A stretch of DNA of 64,000 nucleotides, taken from the IMG/VR virus record IMGVR_UViG_3300008108_000135. One strand, 5' to 3'. The translations under genes and the position numbers were made by a program. Shown here piece after piece: positions 37,635 to 48,026 of the stretch (within the stretch, counting starts at the first letter, position 1; the number at the start of each line of letters is the position of its first letter). This stretch comes from an uncultured virus (IMG/VR IMGVR_UViG_3300008108_000135). Taxonomy: Duplodnaviria; Heunggongvirae; Uroviricota; Caudoviricetes. The notes beneath the pieces are model-generated. The model worked only from the letters and a program-made list of their open reading frames with translations, ran no database searches and was not told the origin of the DNA.

Positions 37635-38603
37635 TTATTTACCAAATCCTACTTCTTTTTTGTCTTTAACCGTAGGGGTCTTTTTCATACCCTCAAGGTT
37701 ATCAATTGTTTCATCAAAATCCCTACCCATAATAATAGTTGAGATAACAACTTCTTTTAGATGAGACAATGACATTCCTTTTGTTTTCTTAACCCACTCA
37801 TTAATGTTAATTGTTGCCAAGTCTTCATCATTAAGTTTATTAACAATATATGATTTTCTAATTTCGTCACTTGGTAACTCAACTTTATAACGTCTGTCAA
37901 AACGAGAAGGTCTATTTGTGATTCTCTCCTGTAGTTTCTCAGGGTAATTGGTTGTTGCTATGTAAACAACGTTTTCAATCTGTTTAACACCATCTAAAAT
38001 GTTTAATAATCTTGACGTTGAATATCTATTCTCCCCAGCGATTGAGTCAATGTCTTCAAGTAACACAGTTAACGGTCTTTTAGGTTCAACCTTTCTAAAG
38101 GTGGGTATAAATGATGTGAATTTTTCTAAATCTTCTTCATCTTTTATATTAATAACAATACCGTTTCTTTGCATCAATTGTTTTGATAGTAACTGAATTA
38201 TACCTGATTTACCACACCCTGGTTCTCCGTACAATAAAATACCTCGTTTGTGTACAAAGTTGTATTTTTTATATACATCAACTCTATTCCAAAAGTTTTC
38301 AATATCGGTAATAATATCAGTTATTTCAGGTGATGGTAATTCATACAACTCATCGGTATTGAATGGTTGTTTCTTCAGTGTATGAGTCCCAAGTTGACCG
38401 TTCCAAGCAATTTCATAAACACCAGATGGTACTTGTGGTGTTGTAAGATAAGCGGGAGAATATTCATCATTCTTTAAACTACTCCAACAACAAGGTGTAT
38501 CATAATCACTTACTTCATCAGTATCCTCAATCCTCTTGTACCCATCAACAGTTCTTAATGCCATTATTGTCGTTGGCAATTCTTCTTCTAAATCTCTATT
38601 CAT
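37635..38603 (-). CDS. AAA+ ATPase
   Basis: GEPGCGKS, LLEDID, LLNILDG, TTNYPE, RPSRFD. Confidence 0.9.
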   Translation of the reverse strand: MNRDLEEELPTTIMALRTVDGYKRIEDTDEVSDYDTPCCWSSLKNDEYSPAYLTTPQVPSGVYEIAWNGQLGTHTLKKQPFNTDELYELPSPEITDIITDIENFWNRVDVYKKYNFVHKRGILLYGEPGCGKSGIIQLLSKQLMQRNGIVINIKDEEDLEKFTSFIPTFRKVEPKRPLTVLLEDIDSIAGENRYSTSRLLNILDGVKQIENVVYIATTNYPEKLQERITNRPSRFDRRYKVELPSDEIRKSYIVNKLNDEDLATININEWVKKTKGMSLSHLKEVVISTIIMGRDFDETIDNLEGMKKTPTVKDKKEVGFGK

Positions 38604-38619
38604 TTTTTTTTTAATTAAA

Positions 38620-39279
38620 TTAATCAATTTCTTTTTTCCACAAGTCATACGGATAAAAGGCCTCCATATACTTTATATACCCTGTTTCACCCCTCGGTAT
38701 TGATTTTTCCCAATTGTTATATTTGATAGTATAGTACCACAATTCTTTTCTATCCCAACCTAATTTATCCTGAACATATTTTGCCACTTGATATCCTGTT
38801 CTATCAGCACCGTGAGCACAATGTATCAATACGTTTCCTTTATGTAAATAAGGTTGTAATGTATCTAACGATTTAGTATATCCCTTACCTTTAACATATC
38901 CAAGATGTGCGTTAACCCAAACATATTTTTTACCCATACCCTCAACCAACTGTTTTTCAGATGAGGTAGAAACACCAGTACCTTCCTCAGCATTCATGCG
39001 TATAACCACGTCAATGTCGTAATTGTTAAGAATGTCTCTTAATTGTGATACAGATGGTTGACTTGACCTAAATACGTTATTAGCGCCAGGTACAGTATCA
39101 AAATTATGCGGTAAATTGTTAATCCTAACAAATTCTTGTTTAGGTTTTAATGTATCCTTTATTGTATCGTTAATAGTAATCTTATTACTATTTCTAATCT
39201 CAAATTGGTTGGTCGGTTCTAAAAAATAGTGTAGAACACCAAACAACACCAAACATAATAAAAAAAACCCTGTTCTCAT
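38620..39279 (-). CDS. protein-tyrosine/dual-specificity phosphatase family, N-terminal anchor
   Basis: FRSSQP, IHCAHGADRTG (CX5R). Confidence 0.85.
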   Translation of the reverse strand: MRTGFFLLCLVLFGVLHYFLEPTNQFEIRNSNKITINDTIKDTLKPKQEFVRINNLPHNFDTVPGANNVFRSSQPSVSQLRDILNNYDIDVVIRMNAEEGTGVSTSSEKQLVEGMGKKYVWVNAHLGYVKGKGYTKSLDTLQPYLHKGNVLIHCAHGADRTGYQVAKYVQDKLGWDRKELWYYTIKYNNWEKSIPRGETGYIKYMEAFYPYDLWKKEID

Positions 39280-39633
39280 TTTAATACCATATATTTGACA
39301 CCATCCACAATCTTTACCACATACTTCCCATCAACTTTGTTATTTGCTCTTTTAGTTGATTTTGCAGTTTTAACATTTTTTTCGGATTCACCGAATTTGT
39401 CTTTAATCACTTGGTTCATTGAAAATTTTTCCATATCTCTTAATTTTTTATCAAAGATAATCAAAAAACCCAATATTACGATAGAGGGATGATTTATTTT
39501 TTAACTGAGATGTATATATCCCCATACCACCCAAATATTTGGTCATCAAATTCCTTTTCAGGTTTGAATTGTGACATATCCATATCAATCTCAATGAAAT
39601 AACTTTCATTTGGAAATCTTACCATTACTTTTT

Positions 39634-39948
39634 TCATAAATCTCCGATTGATACTCCCACACCAATGGTAAAAACTAACGCACCTGAAACAATTGCTGCC
39701 GCTCTACCCCCCTGTTTATAGAAGGGCTGTTTTTGAGTTGTTGACCCTCCGACCATTAATGGAGGTGTTAACAAACCTGCGGTTGTTAAAATTGCACCAC
39801 CAATCATCATAGCAGGTCCCATACCTATTTTTGGGGTCGTATTATTAATAGGTGGTAAATTAAGTTTTATCTGTTGTTTTGGTGGTGCAATCTGAGAATG
39901 ACCAACAAATAAAAATAATAAAAATAAAAGACTAATTAACTTTTTCAT
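39634..39948 (-). CDS. secreted/membrane hypothetical protein
   Basis: Signal peptide MKKLISLL.., two Gly-rich TM segments. Confidence 0.6.
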   Translation of the reverse strand: MKKLISLLFLLFLFVGHSQIAPPKQQIKLNLPPINNTTPKIGMGPAMMIGGAILTTAGLLTPPLMVGGSTTQKQPFYKQGGRAAAIVSGALVFTIGVGVSIGDL

Positions 39949-39958
39949 AACCTTTAAA

Positions 39959-40327
39959 TTATTCTCCACCCCAAGCCGAGACGATTGTTATTGTGTATAA
40001 TGGAAAGTTTTTTTCTTTAATGTAATAAATGTCACTAATAAAACCATTTTCTTGTTCTACACTCCAATAGGGGTCACCATCAACATCTTTATCGTTTGGT
40101 AACTCAATATCCATATCAAATTGACCTAATAAATTCTCAAGTGTGTAGACCGCCAAATCTTCATTCTCAAATGTAATGTAGATATTATTTTCTCTATCTT
40201 TTTCATGGATAGTGTACCACATATTAAGTGGAACAGTTTGATTTTTCTTTATGGTTATAACACCAATTTGAGCATTTGACACTAATGTGGTCAACAACAT
40301 TATTAAAGTTAGGATAAGTTTTTTCAT
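39959..40327 (-). CDS. secreted hypothetical protein
   Basis: Signal peptide ending SNA-Q. Confidence 0.65.
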   Translation of the reverse strand: MKKLILTLIMLLTTLVSNAQIGVITIKKNQTVPLNMWYTIHEKDRENNIYITFENEDLAVYTLENLLGQFDMDIELPNDKDVDGDPYWSVEQENGFISDIYYIKEKNFPLYTITIVSAWGGE

Positions 40328-40331
40328 TTGT

Positions 40332-40754
40332 TTAATTTATTACATCAGCTAAGTATTGTCCAGAACCTAAAGTTATTTTTTCACAACCCTCTTGGTCCTC
40401 CATCTCTTTCATCCAATTATCCCAATTATTATTTAATAAGTCAACAAATGTGTCATTATTTCCTCTGTCTTTATATCGTTGGATATATTCGTCCTTAATG
40501 TTTTTGTCAGGATAAACAAGAACATAAGGTATTCCTCTTTTTACAAGAGCGTCTCTTACATCTTTATGGGATGAAACCAAAATCTTGTCAACCTTGGGGT
40601 CTTGAATGTTTCTTTCAATATGTTCAATGTAATTTGCGGGGAAGTTCTTTTTATCAAACTTTGAGCTGTCACTATCCAAAACATTTTTATCTGTTGTTTT
40701 GAAATAAGTTGTTTTCCCTACACCAGGGAATGCTGAATATACTTTTGTTTTCAT
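40332..40754 (-). CDS. P-loop NTPase/kinase-like phage protein
   Basis: AFPGVGKT, DSDSS. Confidence 0.7.
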   Translation of the reverse strand: MKTKVYSAFPGVGKTTYFKTTDKNVLDSDSSKFDKKNFPANYIEHIERNIQDPKVDKILVSSHKDVRDALVKRGIPYVLVYPDKNIKDEYIQRYKDRGNNDTFVDLLNNNWDNWMKEMEDQEGCEKITLGSGQYLADVIN

Positions 40755-40756
40755 AA

Positions 40757-41074
40757 TTATTCAGATATTGATATTGTATATTTTTTATGATATGCACCCG
40801 TATCTGTTTTAACCAACACACCTAATACAGGCATAAAGTTTTCAGGGTTATACATAATCGGAGTTATAATAACATTTTCATTATAAGTTTCATCAAATGA
40901 TTTTTTTATTTTTCTCATTATATCAGTAACAATTTTATTGTCCTCCGCAATGGAATCAGCTATACACCCCATTTTGTCTTTAATTTCCTGTGGTAATTCA
41001 TTTCTGATTTCCTCGTGTTTTTTTGCTAATTCTTCACCCTTTTTGATTAGGTCATTTATTTTTTTACTTTTCAT
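40757..41074 (-). CDS. hypothetical protein
   Basis: ORF track. Confidence 0.6.
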   Translation of the reverse strand: MKSKKINDLIKKGEELAKKHEEIRNELPQEIKDKMGCIADSIAEDNKIVTDIMRKIKKSFDETYNENVIITPIMYNPENFMPVLGVLVKTDTGAYHKKYTISISE

Positions 41075-41577
41075 AATTCATAATTTATTTTATCCCCATT
41101 TGCCATAGAATAAACAACATGGGTTGGTTCCAATTTGAATTGAATACCTTTTAGTTTATTTGCGTATTTTCTACCCATACCTGGTTTTAAATACCCGATT
41201 GTTAAATGTGGATGGTAGTCAGGAAATGATGTCGTGTGTGGAAACTTTGTAAGTTCCTTATTTGTTTCGTGAAGGTTTGGTCCACTTGTATCAAACTTTA
41301 ATACATCATACATTTCATTTTCAAATAATGATGGATTTGTGATTCTACAAGTTCCATAATCAAAATTATCAATAACCCCTTTTACATCATCTTCAGTTAC
41401 ATCATTGTGTAACCCATAAAGTAATGTAGTGTGTGGTTCATCTTCTAAACCAAAACTTCTATCACCTTCTTCGGTGTAGATATCATCTTCATCAATTAGT
41501 GAATGTAGATTTTTAATTTCGGGGAAATCAAAATATAACATTACACATCCGTAGTCGTATGTTTGTTTATCACTCAT
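41071..41577 (-). CDS. 2H phosphoesterase, Acb1/gp57B-like
   Basis: Two HxT motifs: PHTTLLYG and FPDYHPHLTIGY. Confidence 0.75.
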   Translation of the reverse strand: MSDKQTYDYGCVMLYFDFPEIKNLHSLIDEDDIYTEEGDRSFGLEDEPHTTLLYGLHNDVTEDDVKGVIDNFDYGTCRITNPSLFENEMYDVLKFDTSGPNLHETNKELTKFPHTTSFPDYHPHLTIGYLKPGMGRKYANKLKGIQFKLEPTHVVYSMANGDKINYEL

Positions 41578-41581
41578 AATA

Positions 41582-42127
41582 TTATAAATAATTTGACATA
41601 TTTTTAGCGGCATCAAACGCCTCTTCCATTGTTTCAATAATTTTTGAACCTCTTAATCTAAATGGTATGACATATGATATACCATCGTCATCCATCCACT
41701 TTTTACCAAGTTCATCTTCATCTTCATATAATTCATTGAATCTTGTTTCATATCCATTCCATTCATCTTCAGGATAATCTTCTTTAACTGGTTTATATTT
41801 TGAATCGAACAATCTGTCACCAATTCTAAACATACTACCACCTCTGTGAGTATAACCATACATCCCTTCAATAATAGGGTTATCAGTTCCATAAGTTTCT
41901 TTAGTGATTACGGCAGCCACACCGTGTGGATATTCTTCATCTACCATCATTTCATTATTAACATACCATCTAGCTTCCTCAATACTACCGATATATGTAC
42001 CATCGGGTGATAAAAATGAATTCTCTAATGTATGTTCGTTGTTTGGTCCAAATGTGTGTGTCCCAATCTTCCCACCAGTTAATCTTTCAATCTCTTGGAT
42101 TTCTTCTTGTGTGATTTCTTTTGTCAT
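41582..42127 (-). CDS. hypothetical phage protein
   Basis: YGYTHRG..F.IGD.LF. Confidence 0.7.
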   Translation of the reverse strand: MTKEITQEEIQEIERLTGGKIGTHTFGPNNEHTLENSFLSPDGTYIGSIEEARWYVNNEMMVDEEYPHGVAAVITKETYGTDNPIIEGMYGYTHRGGSMFRIGDRLFDSKYKPVKEDYPEDEWNGYETRFNELYEDEDELGKKWMDDDGISYVIPFRLRGSKIIETMEEAFDAAKNMSNYL

Positions 42128-42179
42128 AACTTTAATTACTTTTTACATTTTTATGTGTTTTTGTCAAAACTATTTTACA

Positions 42180-42434
42180 TTAATAGGAATAACTATAATA
42201 TTCAAATGTGTAATAACTACCATATCTTTTACATATTCCGTGTCCCGTATAATGTTTAAACAGATATTGTTCCGCTTCATCATAACTACTATGTGTTACC
42301 TCAACGTGTTTAGGGCCTTCATTACGATATATTTGTCTCCAACCCCAAAACTTCTTTTCCTCAATAACCCACTCAATCTTCCTGTCGTTTGAATGTGAAT
42401 CGTGACATAACTGAACTATTCTAAATTTTAACAT
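42180..42434 (-). CDS. hypothetical protein
   Basis: ORF track. Confidence 0.6.
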   Translation of the reverse strand: MLKFRIVQLCHDSHSNDRKIEWVIEEKKFWGWRQIYRNEGPKHVEVTHSSYDEAEQYLFKHYTGHGICKRYGSYYTFEYYSYSY

Positions 42435-42440
42435 AGTTTT

Positions 42441-42650
42441 TTAATTTGACATTATACTCTTTAATACATTTTTTTGTAGTGTTAATTCAAATTCATAGTG
42501 ACTTGAGTCGTCCACTCCACAACTTAATTTATACATTAATTCACCTTTATTGTAAATCGTTATTCCACAAACAATTCGTTCTTCTTGGTCCTTGTCTGTT
42601 TTTAAATAAACAATATCTCCGATATTAAACTTATTATCAATTTTAATCAT
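42441..42650 (-). CDS. hypothetical protein
   Basis: KFNIGDIVYLKTD pattern. Confidence 0.65.
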   Translation of the reverse strand: MIKIDNKFNIGDIVYLKTDKDQEERIVCGITIYNKGELMYKLSCGVDDSSHYEFELTLQKNVLKSIMSN

Positions 42651-42657
42651 AACTTAA

Positions 42658-43956
42658 TTAATTACTTAATGGTGCCTTAATACTTGGGTGTGATTGATAA
42701 TCTATTAATTTAATTAAACTATAATCTAATTCATCAAATGGAACTTTAAATCCATCAGTTCTTCTCATATCCTCACATATCATTAATTTTGGTAACGGAT
42801 ATGGTTCTCTTGTATGTCCAATTATTATTTGTTTTTTAATACCTTCATTCATAGGACCATTTGGATATAGTGTCAGTGATTCTTCAAATATAGGTTGACC
42901 AATCTGTTCCTTTGCTTGCTCAATGTGATTCAAGTACAAGTGAGTATCACCTAAATTACCAATCAATTCATCAGGAACCATATTAACTTCTTTTGCAATT
43001 ATTTCAAGTAGTAAACCATAAGAAGCAATGTTGAATGGTAAACCTAAGAATGTATCCACTGAACGTTGGTTCCACATTAATGAGATTGCTCGTTTAGGTA
43101 TTGATGAAAAACATTCAAGTTCAATTAAAGGCTTACCTGTGTATGGGTCTTTATTATTTTGCCACCCATTGACAAATATTTGATTAGCTGATTCTATAGT
43201 GTCAGTTTTAATGTCTCCAGCATATCCACCAGAACTTTTTGCTAAACTCCAATTAACATAGATTTCTTTAATTTTATCTAAGTCATCGTACCAACTCAAC
43301 TCTCTTGTATAAACTTGAAATCCATAATGACAAGGTGGAAGTGTCATTTGGTCCAATTCACCTACATTCCAAGCTGAAACCATTAGTCGTCTTGAGTCTG
43401 GGTTTGTTTTAAGGTCGTTGATTAAATTTTGGATTTGGTCTATCGGGTTTCTTTCCCAACTTCCCCATTCAGTTCCAATACTATTTTCTATTTTACCTCT
43501 TTCTATTGTTAGAATTTTAGGTACATCCCACTTTCTCCATTGCTTCCCATACACGGGACCTAATTCACCCCACTTATTAGCAAACTCATCATTTGTTTTG
43601 ATTTTGTTAATGAATTCTTCTTGTGTGTAGTAATCTGGTACTCCACCTAATTCTTCATTTAGTTTAGCACCTTTGGTAAGATAATTCTTATACGCATCGC
43701 CATCCCAAATATGACAATCATTATCAACAAGGTATTTGATGTTTGTATCACCACTCAAGAACCATAACAATTCTGTTACAATTCCTTTGAAATACATTTT
43801 CTTTGTTGTGAGTAAAGGAAATCCTTCTGACATCTTGTGTCTGATTTGTCTTCCGAATACTGATAGTGTTCCTGTACCCGTTCTATCCTCCTTGCGAATG
43901 CCATTATCTAGGATGTCTTGTAGGAGCGCTTGGTAAGATTTATCTAACGTGTTCAT
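42658..43956 (-). CDS. thyA: thymidylate synthase with insertions
   Basis: DRTGTGT, FPLLTTKK, ELLWF, LGPVYG.QWR, LPPCH, QRSVD.FLGLPFN, GDTHLY.NH. Confidence 0.96.
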   Translation of the reverse strand: MNTLDKSYQALLQDILDNGIRKEDRTGTGTLSVFGRQIRHKMSEGFPLLTTKKMYFKGIVTELLWFLSGDTNIKYLVDNDCHIWDGDAYKNYLTKGAKLNEELGGVPDYYTQEEFINKIKTNDEFANKWGELGPVYGKQWRKWDVPKILTIERGKIENSIGTEWGSWERNPIDQIQNLINDLKTNPDSRRLMVSAWNVGELDQMTLPPCHYGFQVYTRELSWYDDLDKIKEIYVNWSLAKSSGGYAGDIKTDTIESANQIFVNGWQNNKDPYTGKPLIELECFSSIPKRAISLMWNQRSVDTFLGLPFNIASYGLLLEIIAKEVNMVPDELIGNLGDTHLYLNHIEQAKEQIGQPIFEESLTLYPNGPMNEGIKKQIIIGHTREPYPLPKLMICEDMRRTDGFKVPFDELDYSLIKLIDYQSHPSIKAPLSN

Positions 43957-44150
43957 TTTTGTTCTATTTTAATTTCAAAATTTAGAGTCACCCAAGAACT
44001 TAGTAAAGTTGGTAAAGTAACCCACCATATCCATTCAGTATTAAAATCCACAATTTTATAAATTTTCAAAATAATATATGTTATTGCGGGTATAGACCAA
44101 ACAAATGATGTCATTATAGGTTTGGCCAATTTTCTTTTAATCAATTTCAT
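43953..44150 (-). CDS. small membrane protein
   Basis: Two TM segments. Confidence 0.5.
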   Translation of the reverse strand: MKLIKRKLAKPIMTSFVWSIPAITYIILKIYKIVDFNTEWIWWVTLPTLLSSWVTLNFEIKIEQK

Positions 44151-44156
44151 AACGTT

Positions 44157-44363
44157 TTATTTTAAACTTAAAACTCTGTCAATTTCTAAAGTATCTGACG
44201 GAAATTCATAACATTCCCACTTATTATTGAATCTTGAGTGGATGTGTTGTTCATCAAAAATAATTGTGTCACACACAGTCACCATTCCATAGGCGTCACA
44301 TTCAGCTTTCTTAGTTGTTTTACAGGAGATAAGTAACGGTAAAATTAGTAATAGTTTTTTCAT
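44157..44363 (-). CDS. putative lipoprotein
   Basis: LLIS-C lipobox; CDAYG. Confidence 0.6.
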   Translation of the reverse strand: MKKLLLILPLLISCKTTKKAECDAYGMVTVCDTIIFDEQHIHSRFNNKWECYEFPSDTLEIDRVLSLK

Positions 44364-44367
44364 TTAA

Positions 44368-44613
44368 TTATATTTCGTGGATTATTGTTTCGGTTACACT
44401 TGGGTAAGTATTTAATTGGTATTCCTTTTCCCTTTCAATTGACGAAAGAGCTAAATTATAACTATCACAATAATCATGCTTTTCAGCGGGGTACCATTTT
44501 TTTAGGATATATTCTTCATTCCAATAAGAAATATTATCCTGTATTTTTTTAATCGGATAGTATCTACTTTTTCCGTTATCAAGCTTTTCTTCTTTAATAT
44601 AAAATGTTTCCAT
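44368..44613 (-). CDS. hypothetical protein
   Basis: ORF track. Confidence 0.6.
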   Translation of the reverse strand: METFYIKEEKLDNGKSRYYPIKKIQDNISYWNEEYILKKWYPAEKHDYCDSYNLALSSIEREKEYQLNTYPSVTETIIHEI

Positions 44614-44727
44614 AATTTATTTATTTTATTTATTTAAATAACACCCAACCAATGGTTATACCAGCCATTATCCCAACCAGTGTACCGAGAAAATACCATT
44701 TCTCGTTATAATCTTCTATAAATTTTT

Positions 44728-45114
44728 TCATACTTTTTCTATTTTATTCTTAAGTTTATAATGTTCATCACACAAAGTCAAATGCCAACCAATATCTCGT
44801 CTTACTTCACCTTCTTTTCCACAGGTTTCACAAGTACGGTAACTATTTATTTCCGCATCCATAATTCTTTTATGCATTTCATCAGAACCTTCATCAATAT
44901 AAAATCTAAGACCCCCAAATTTTTCTTTACACTGAATTAAATTCTTATCCCAACCCATACCAATCAGGTCGTTAATAAGGTCTTTTATTATTGGGTACCA
45001 ACCAGAATTGACACTAAAAAATTTACAATTATCAACTGTTCTTTCATAAACACCCCACGCATTTTTTAAACCACCTATAGATTTTAGGTAATCATTCATT
45101 TCTTGTTCTGTCAT
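44728..45114 (-). CDS. hypothetical phage protein
   Basis: GW...Q.KEKFGGLRFY..CETCG..W..TLC..H. Confidence 0.75.
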   Translation of the reverse strand: MTEQEMNDYLKSIGGLKNAWGVYERTVDNCKFFSVNSGWYPIIKDLINDLIGMGWDKNLIQCKEKFGGLRFYIDEGSDEMHKRIMDAEINSYRTCETCGKEGEVRRDIGWHLTLCDEHYKLKNKIEKV

Positions 45115-45225
45115 AATTTATTTTATATAAAAAATGTAATAATTCCAATAATTGAAACCGAAATGAAGTATAACAGGATAAAGATTTTATCATCATTATC
45201 CATATTGTTCATTATCTTTTCAAGA

Positions 45226-46419
45226 TTATTCATTCTCAATTTTAAAGATAATTTTATTAAAATTCAATAGATAAATTCCTTTATCAAAATTTTCCAACTT
45301 TATGTTGAAGTAGTTACTTCCCATAGATATATTAATTTCTTCTTGATGTAATACTTTCCCCATTAAATCGGTAATACAGATTATTTGTGGTCCTCGGATA
45401 TCCGAATCAAACATTATATTAATATTATCACTAAAAGGGTTTGGTGTGACTGTTATATTTTTAATTTCATCAATTATATTAACCGAATACCAATCAGTTA
45501 TCGTGTTTTTACCATCAATATCCGTCTGTTTTAATCTATAGTAGATTACTGAAGAATTTAAATCATAATCAAATGAGTTATAATCGGATATTGTCTGACT
45601 GTTTCCGACCGCATCTACAGTATCTATGGTTTCATAACTAACCCCATTGATTGTTTTTTCAATAGTAAAATAGTCATTATTTTTTTCAGATGCAGTAACC
45701 CATTTAATGTTAACCACCCCATTTTTATATGTTGGTTTAAAGTCTAACAATTCAATTGGTAATGCCGATGTTGTACAAAATTTAATGTCGGGTCTTGCAT
45801 ATAACCTTGTACCTGACGTAGGTCCCATTGAGCCGTCTTGGGCTCCGTACTTCATTGTTCTTGTTGAGGTTGCGGTATTATAGTTGGTGTAGTGAAATAT
45901 TGGGTATCCTGAAGCATATGAACCGTCATTATTGTCAACATGTACAATTAGATTTGTCGCACCATCATAACTAAACGGGGATGTTAAAGTTATGGTTTTC
46001 CAAGCATCTGAGGCATTGAATGTAAATGAACCGTCAAACACTTTTGTCCAAGAGGTGATTCCTTGAGCCACATTCACTCCTGTTAGTCTATTAACCCCCG
46101 ATACATTATTTGTACTAGCCCAACCTGATAAAGTGGTATACGCAAAATATATTTGAACATTATTGAAGGTATACGGACCTGTTTGTGAATACCCTGATTG
46201 GAACCCATCAACATACCATGCAATGGAACCTATTGTTTTGGCCGCACCAATATCCGCAGCCCGATATATACTTGAGGACCAACTATAATCGTATAAACCA
46301 TATATTGGTGCTAGTGGTGTTGTTTGTGAATTACCATATGTTCCATCAGATATGGTTACACAAGTTTGTGATATTAACCAATATGGGAATATCAACAACA
46401 TAAATAAACCTAACTTCAT
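45226..46419 (-). CDS. T9SS type A sorting domain-containing secreted protein
   Basis: Signal peptide; LPIELLDF..W.TASEKNNDYF.IE..YYRLKQTD.DG; C-terminal PNPF..I.DL.GK..GIYLL. Confidence 0.85.
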   Translation of the reverse strand: MKLGLFMLLIFPYWLISQTCVTISDGTYGNSQTTPLAPIYGLYDYSWSSSIYRAADIGAAKTIGSIAWYVDGFQSGYSQTGPYTFNNVQIYFAYTTLSGWASTNNVSGVNRLTGVNVAQGITSWTKVFDGSFTFNASDAWKTITLTSPFSYDGATNLIVHVDNNDGSYASGYPIFHYTNYNTATSTRTMKYGAQDGSMGPTSGTRLYARPDIKFCTTSALPIELLDFKPTYKNGVVNIKWVTASEKNNDYFTIEKTINGVSYETIDTVDAVGNSQTISDYNSFDYDLNSSVIYYRLKQTDIDGKNTITDWYSVNIIDEIKNITVTPNPFSDNINIMFDSDIRGPQIICITDLMGKVLHQEEINISMGSNYFNIKLENFDKGIYLLNFNKIIFKIENE

Positions 46420-46429
46420 ATAAATCTCC

Positions 46430-46705
46430 TTACTCTAAAATAACTCGTTTTGGTATATTAAAATTGTTAAGATGTAAAGTAATGTAAGCCTCTCCGTACT
46501 TCTGAACTTTATTAATCCTAACATTTTCAATTGATTCTGCAATTCTATACCTTTCATCAAAAGTTAATTCTCTTGTTGACCCATTGGCCCATTCGGTATT
46601 AAATGCGTCATCATTAATTAATAAATTTTTAAATTCCCCTATTGTCAAATCGGTTACGACTTGTGTTAAATAATTAGCGTATGCCGTTTCTACTAATGTT
46701 CCCAT
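46430..46705 (-). CDS. hypothetical protein
   Basis: ORF track. Confidence 0.6.
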   Translation of the reverse strand: MGTLVETAYANYLTQVVTDLTIGEFKNLLINDDAFNTEWANGSTRELTFDERYRIAESIENVRINKVQKYGEAYITLHLNNFNIPKRVILE

Positions 46706-46711
46706 TTTTGT

Positions 46712-46945
46712 TTATATAAAATTAATTCTGAACTCAAATCCCGTGAACTTTTCCAACATTCCTGTTATTTCATAGTTATTTTCCACACCTGAAATTCTCA
46801 TATCAATAAATATCGCAGATTCCCCTTCAACAAACTGTCCTGAATCATTAAAATCAAATCTAGACATTTTTTCGTAACTAACAATATTAAATTCACTGTC
46901 AGGGTACATTTTTTTTATAAATACCTCAACTAACTCTTGTCTCAT
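46712..46945 (-). CDS. hypothetical protein
   Basis: ORF track. Confidence 0.6.
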   Translation of the reverse strand: MRQELVEVFIKKMYPDSEFNIVSYEKMSRFDFNDSGQFVEGESAIFIDMRISGVENNYEITGMLEKFTGFEFRINFI

Positions 46946-46982
46946 ACATAAAATTAAGGGAAATGAAGCGGAATATCAAATA

Positions 46983-47465
46983 TTATTCGTTTGAGTAGTC
47001 AATGCTACCAACATATATATCAATACCCGTTTTTGTGGTTACTAACTCATATAAATCACTGCCTACTTGGTCATTAATATAGTCACTGAAATCAAAATAC
47101 TCGGACATATCCATATCTTTAACCGTATCTTGAACATTTTTACCAAAAACAACAATATCAATTCCAAAAGATGTTGTAAATACTCTATTTACCTGAACAT
47201 ATTTCCATTTTGATAGGATATCGTCCGTATCAAGGTCAATTGGGGGTAGGTTTTCTAACATTTTTATTGTTTTCTTAATCGCAACCTCATAACCGCCCAA
47301 ATACTCAACTAAAAAGTCCTGTAAATCAGGTAAATCGTTATGTTCTACATGGAATAATGACAATACAGTATCACCAATAGATGGTTCCTTACCTTGTGAG
47401 GATAACTTATCCCAATATTTCTTAATTATGGAGAATTTTTGGTCTTCGGTGATGATTAATTTCAT
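46983..47465 (-). CDS. hypothetical protein, IITE leader family
   Basis: MKLIITEDQ; ATATTTAT upstream. Confidence 0.75.
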   Translation of the reverse strand: MKLIITEDQKFSIIKKYWDKLSSQGKEPSIGDTVLSLFHVEHNDLPDLQDFLVEYLGGYEVAIKKTIKMLENLPPIDLDTDDILSKWKYVQVNRVFTTSFGIDIVVFGKNVQDTVKDMDMSEYFDFSDYINDQVGSDLYELVTTKTGIDIYVGSIDYSNE

Positions 47466-47476
47466 AATGATAAATA

Positions 47477-47845
47477 TTACGCCGAATATATTTCTCTACC
47501 ATTGGATATTAATGTACTGAATGTGAAATTATCTGCATCATCTCCGTCATACACCCAATGTGGTCTGATTCTTGGGTTATAAGATACCGATTTACCCCCA
47601 AGATGAGGTTTTGGTGAGTTAATTATAACATTATCACAAATTATCCAAGAACACACGGTCTTATTTGCCCCTTCATATATCCTCTGTGCCGTCTTTTTAT
47701 AGTTTTTTAGTAGACAACCTTCCATAATAAGATTAACCTCATCAGGGTTAAGGTATTTTAGTTCAGAATTGGGGTACTCTATCTTCCATTTACGATAATT
47801 TTTACCCCTACCTAAATTAAACCTGACTTTTATCTTGTCCTTCAT
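47477..47845 (-). CDS. hypothetical phage protein
   Basis: VRFNLGRG.NY.KW..KTVC.W..YNPR. Confidence 0.7.
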   Translation of the reverse strand: MKDKIKVRFNLGRGKNYRKWKIEYPNSELKYLNPDEVNLIMEGCLLKNYKKTAQRIYEGANKTVCSWIICDNVIINSPKPHLGGKSVSYNPRIRPHWVYDGDDADNFTFSTLISNGREIYSA

Positions 47846-47999
47846 CTGAGATTGTTTCCTTTGGATTTTTTAATTCCTCCAATTGGACGTGTAGCTCTTT
47901 AACATAATTTTCAATATGTTTATTTGTCTCACCCAAGTCACTATAGAATTTAATTAGTTTTTGAATGTCATTAATTTGTCTTTCAGTTACGTTGTCCAT
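47817..47999 (-). CDS. hypothetical protein
   Basis: ORF with TATTTAT upstream. Confidence 0.5.
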   Translation of the reverse strand: MDNVTERQINDIQKLIKFYSDLGETNKHIENYVKELHVQLEELKNPKETISDEGQDKSQV

Positions 48000-48026
48000 A
48001 ATCTTTGAAGTATTTTTTATAAATAG

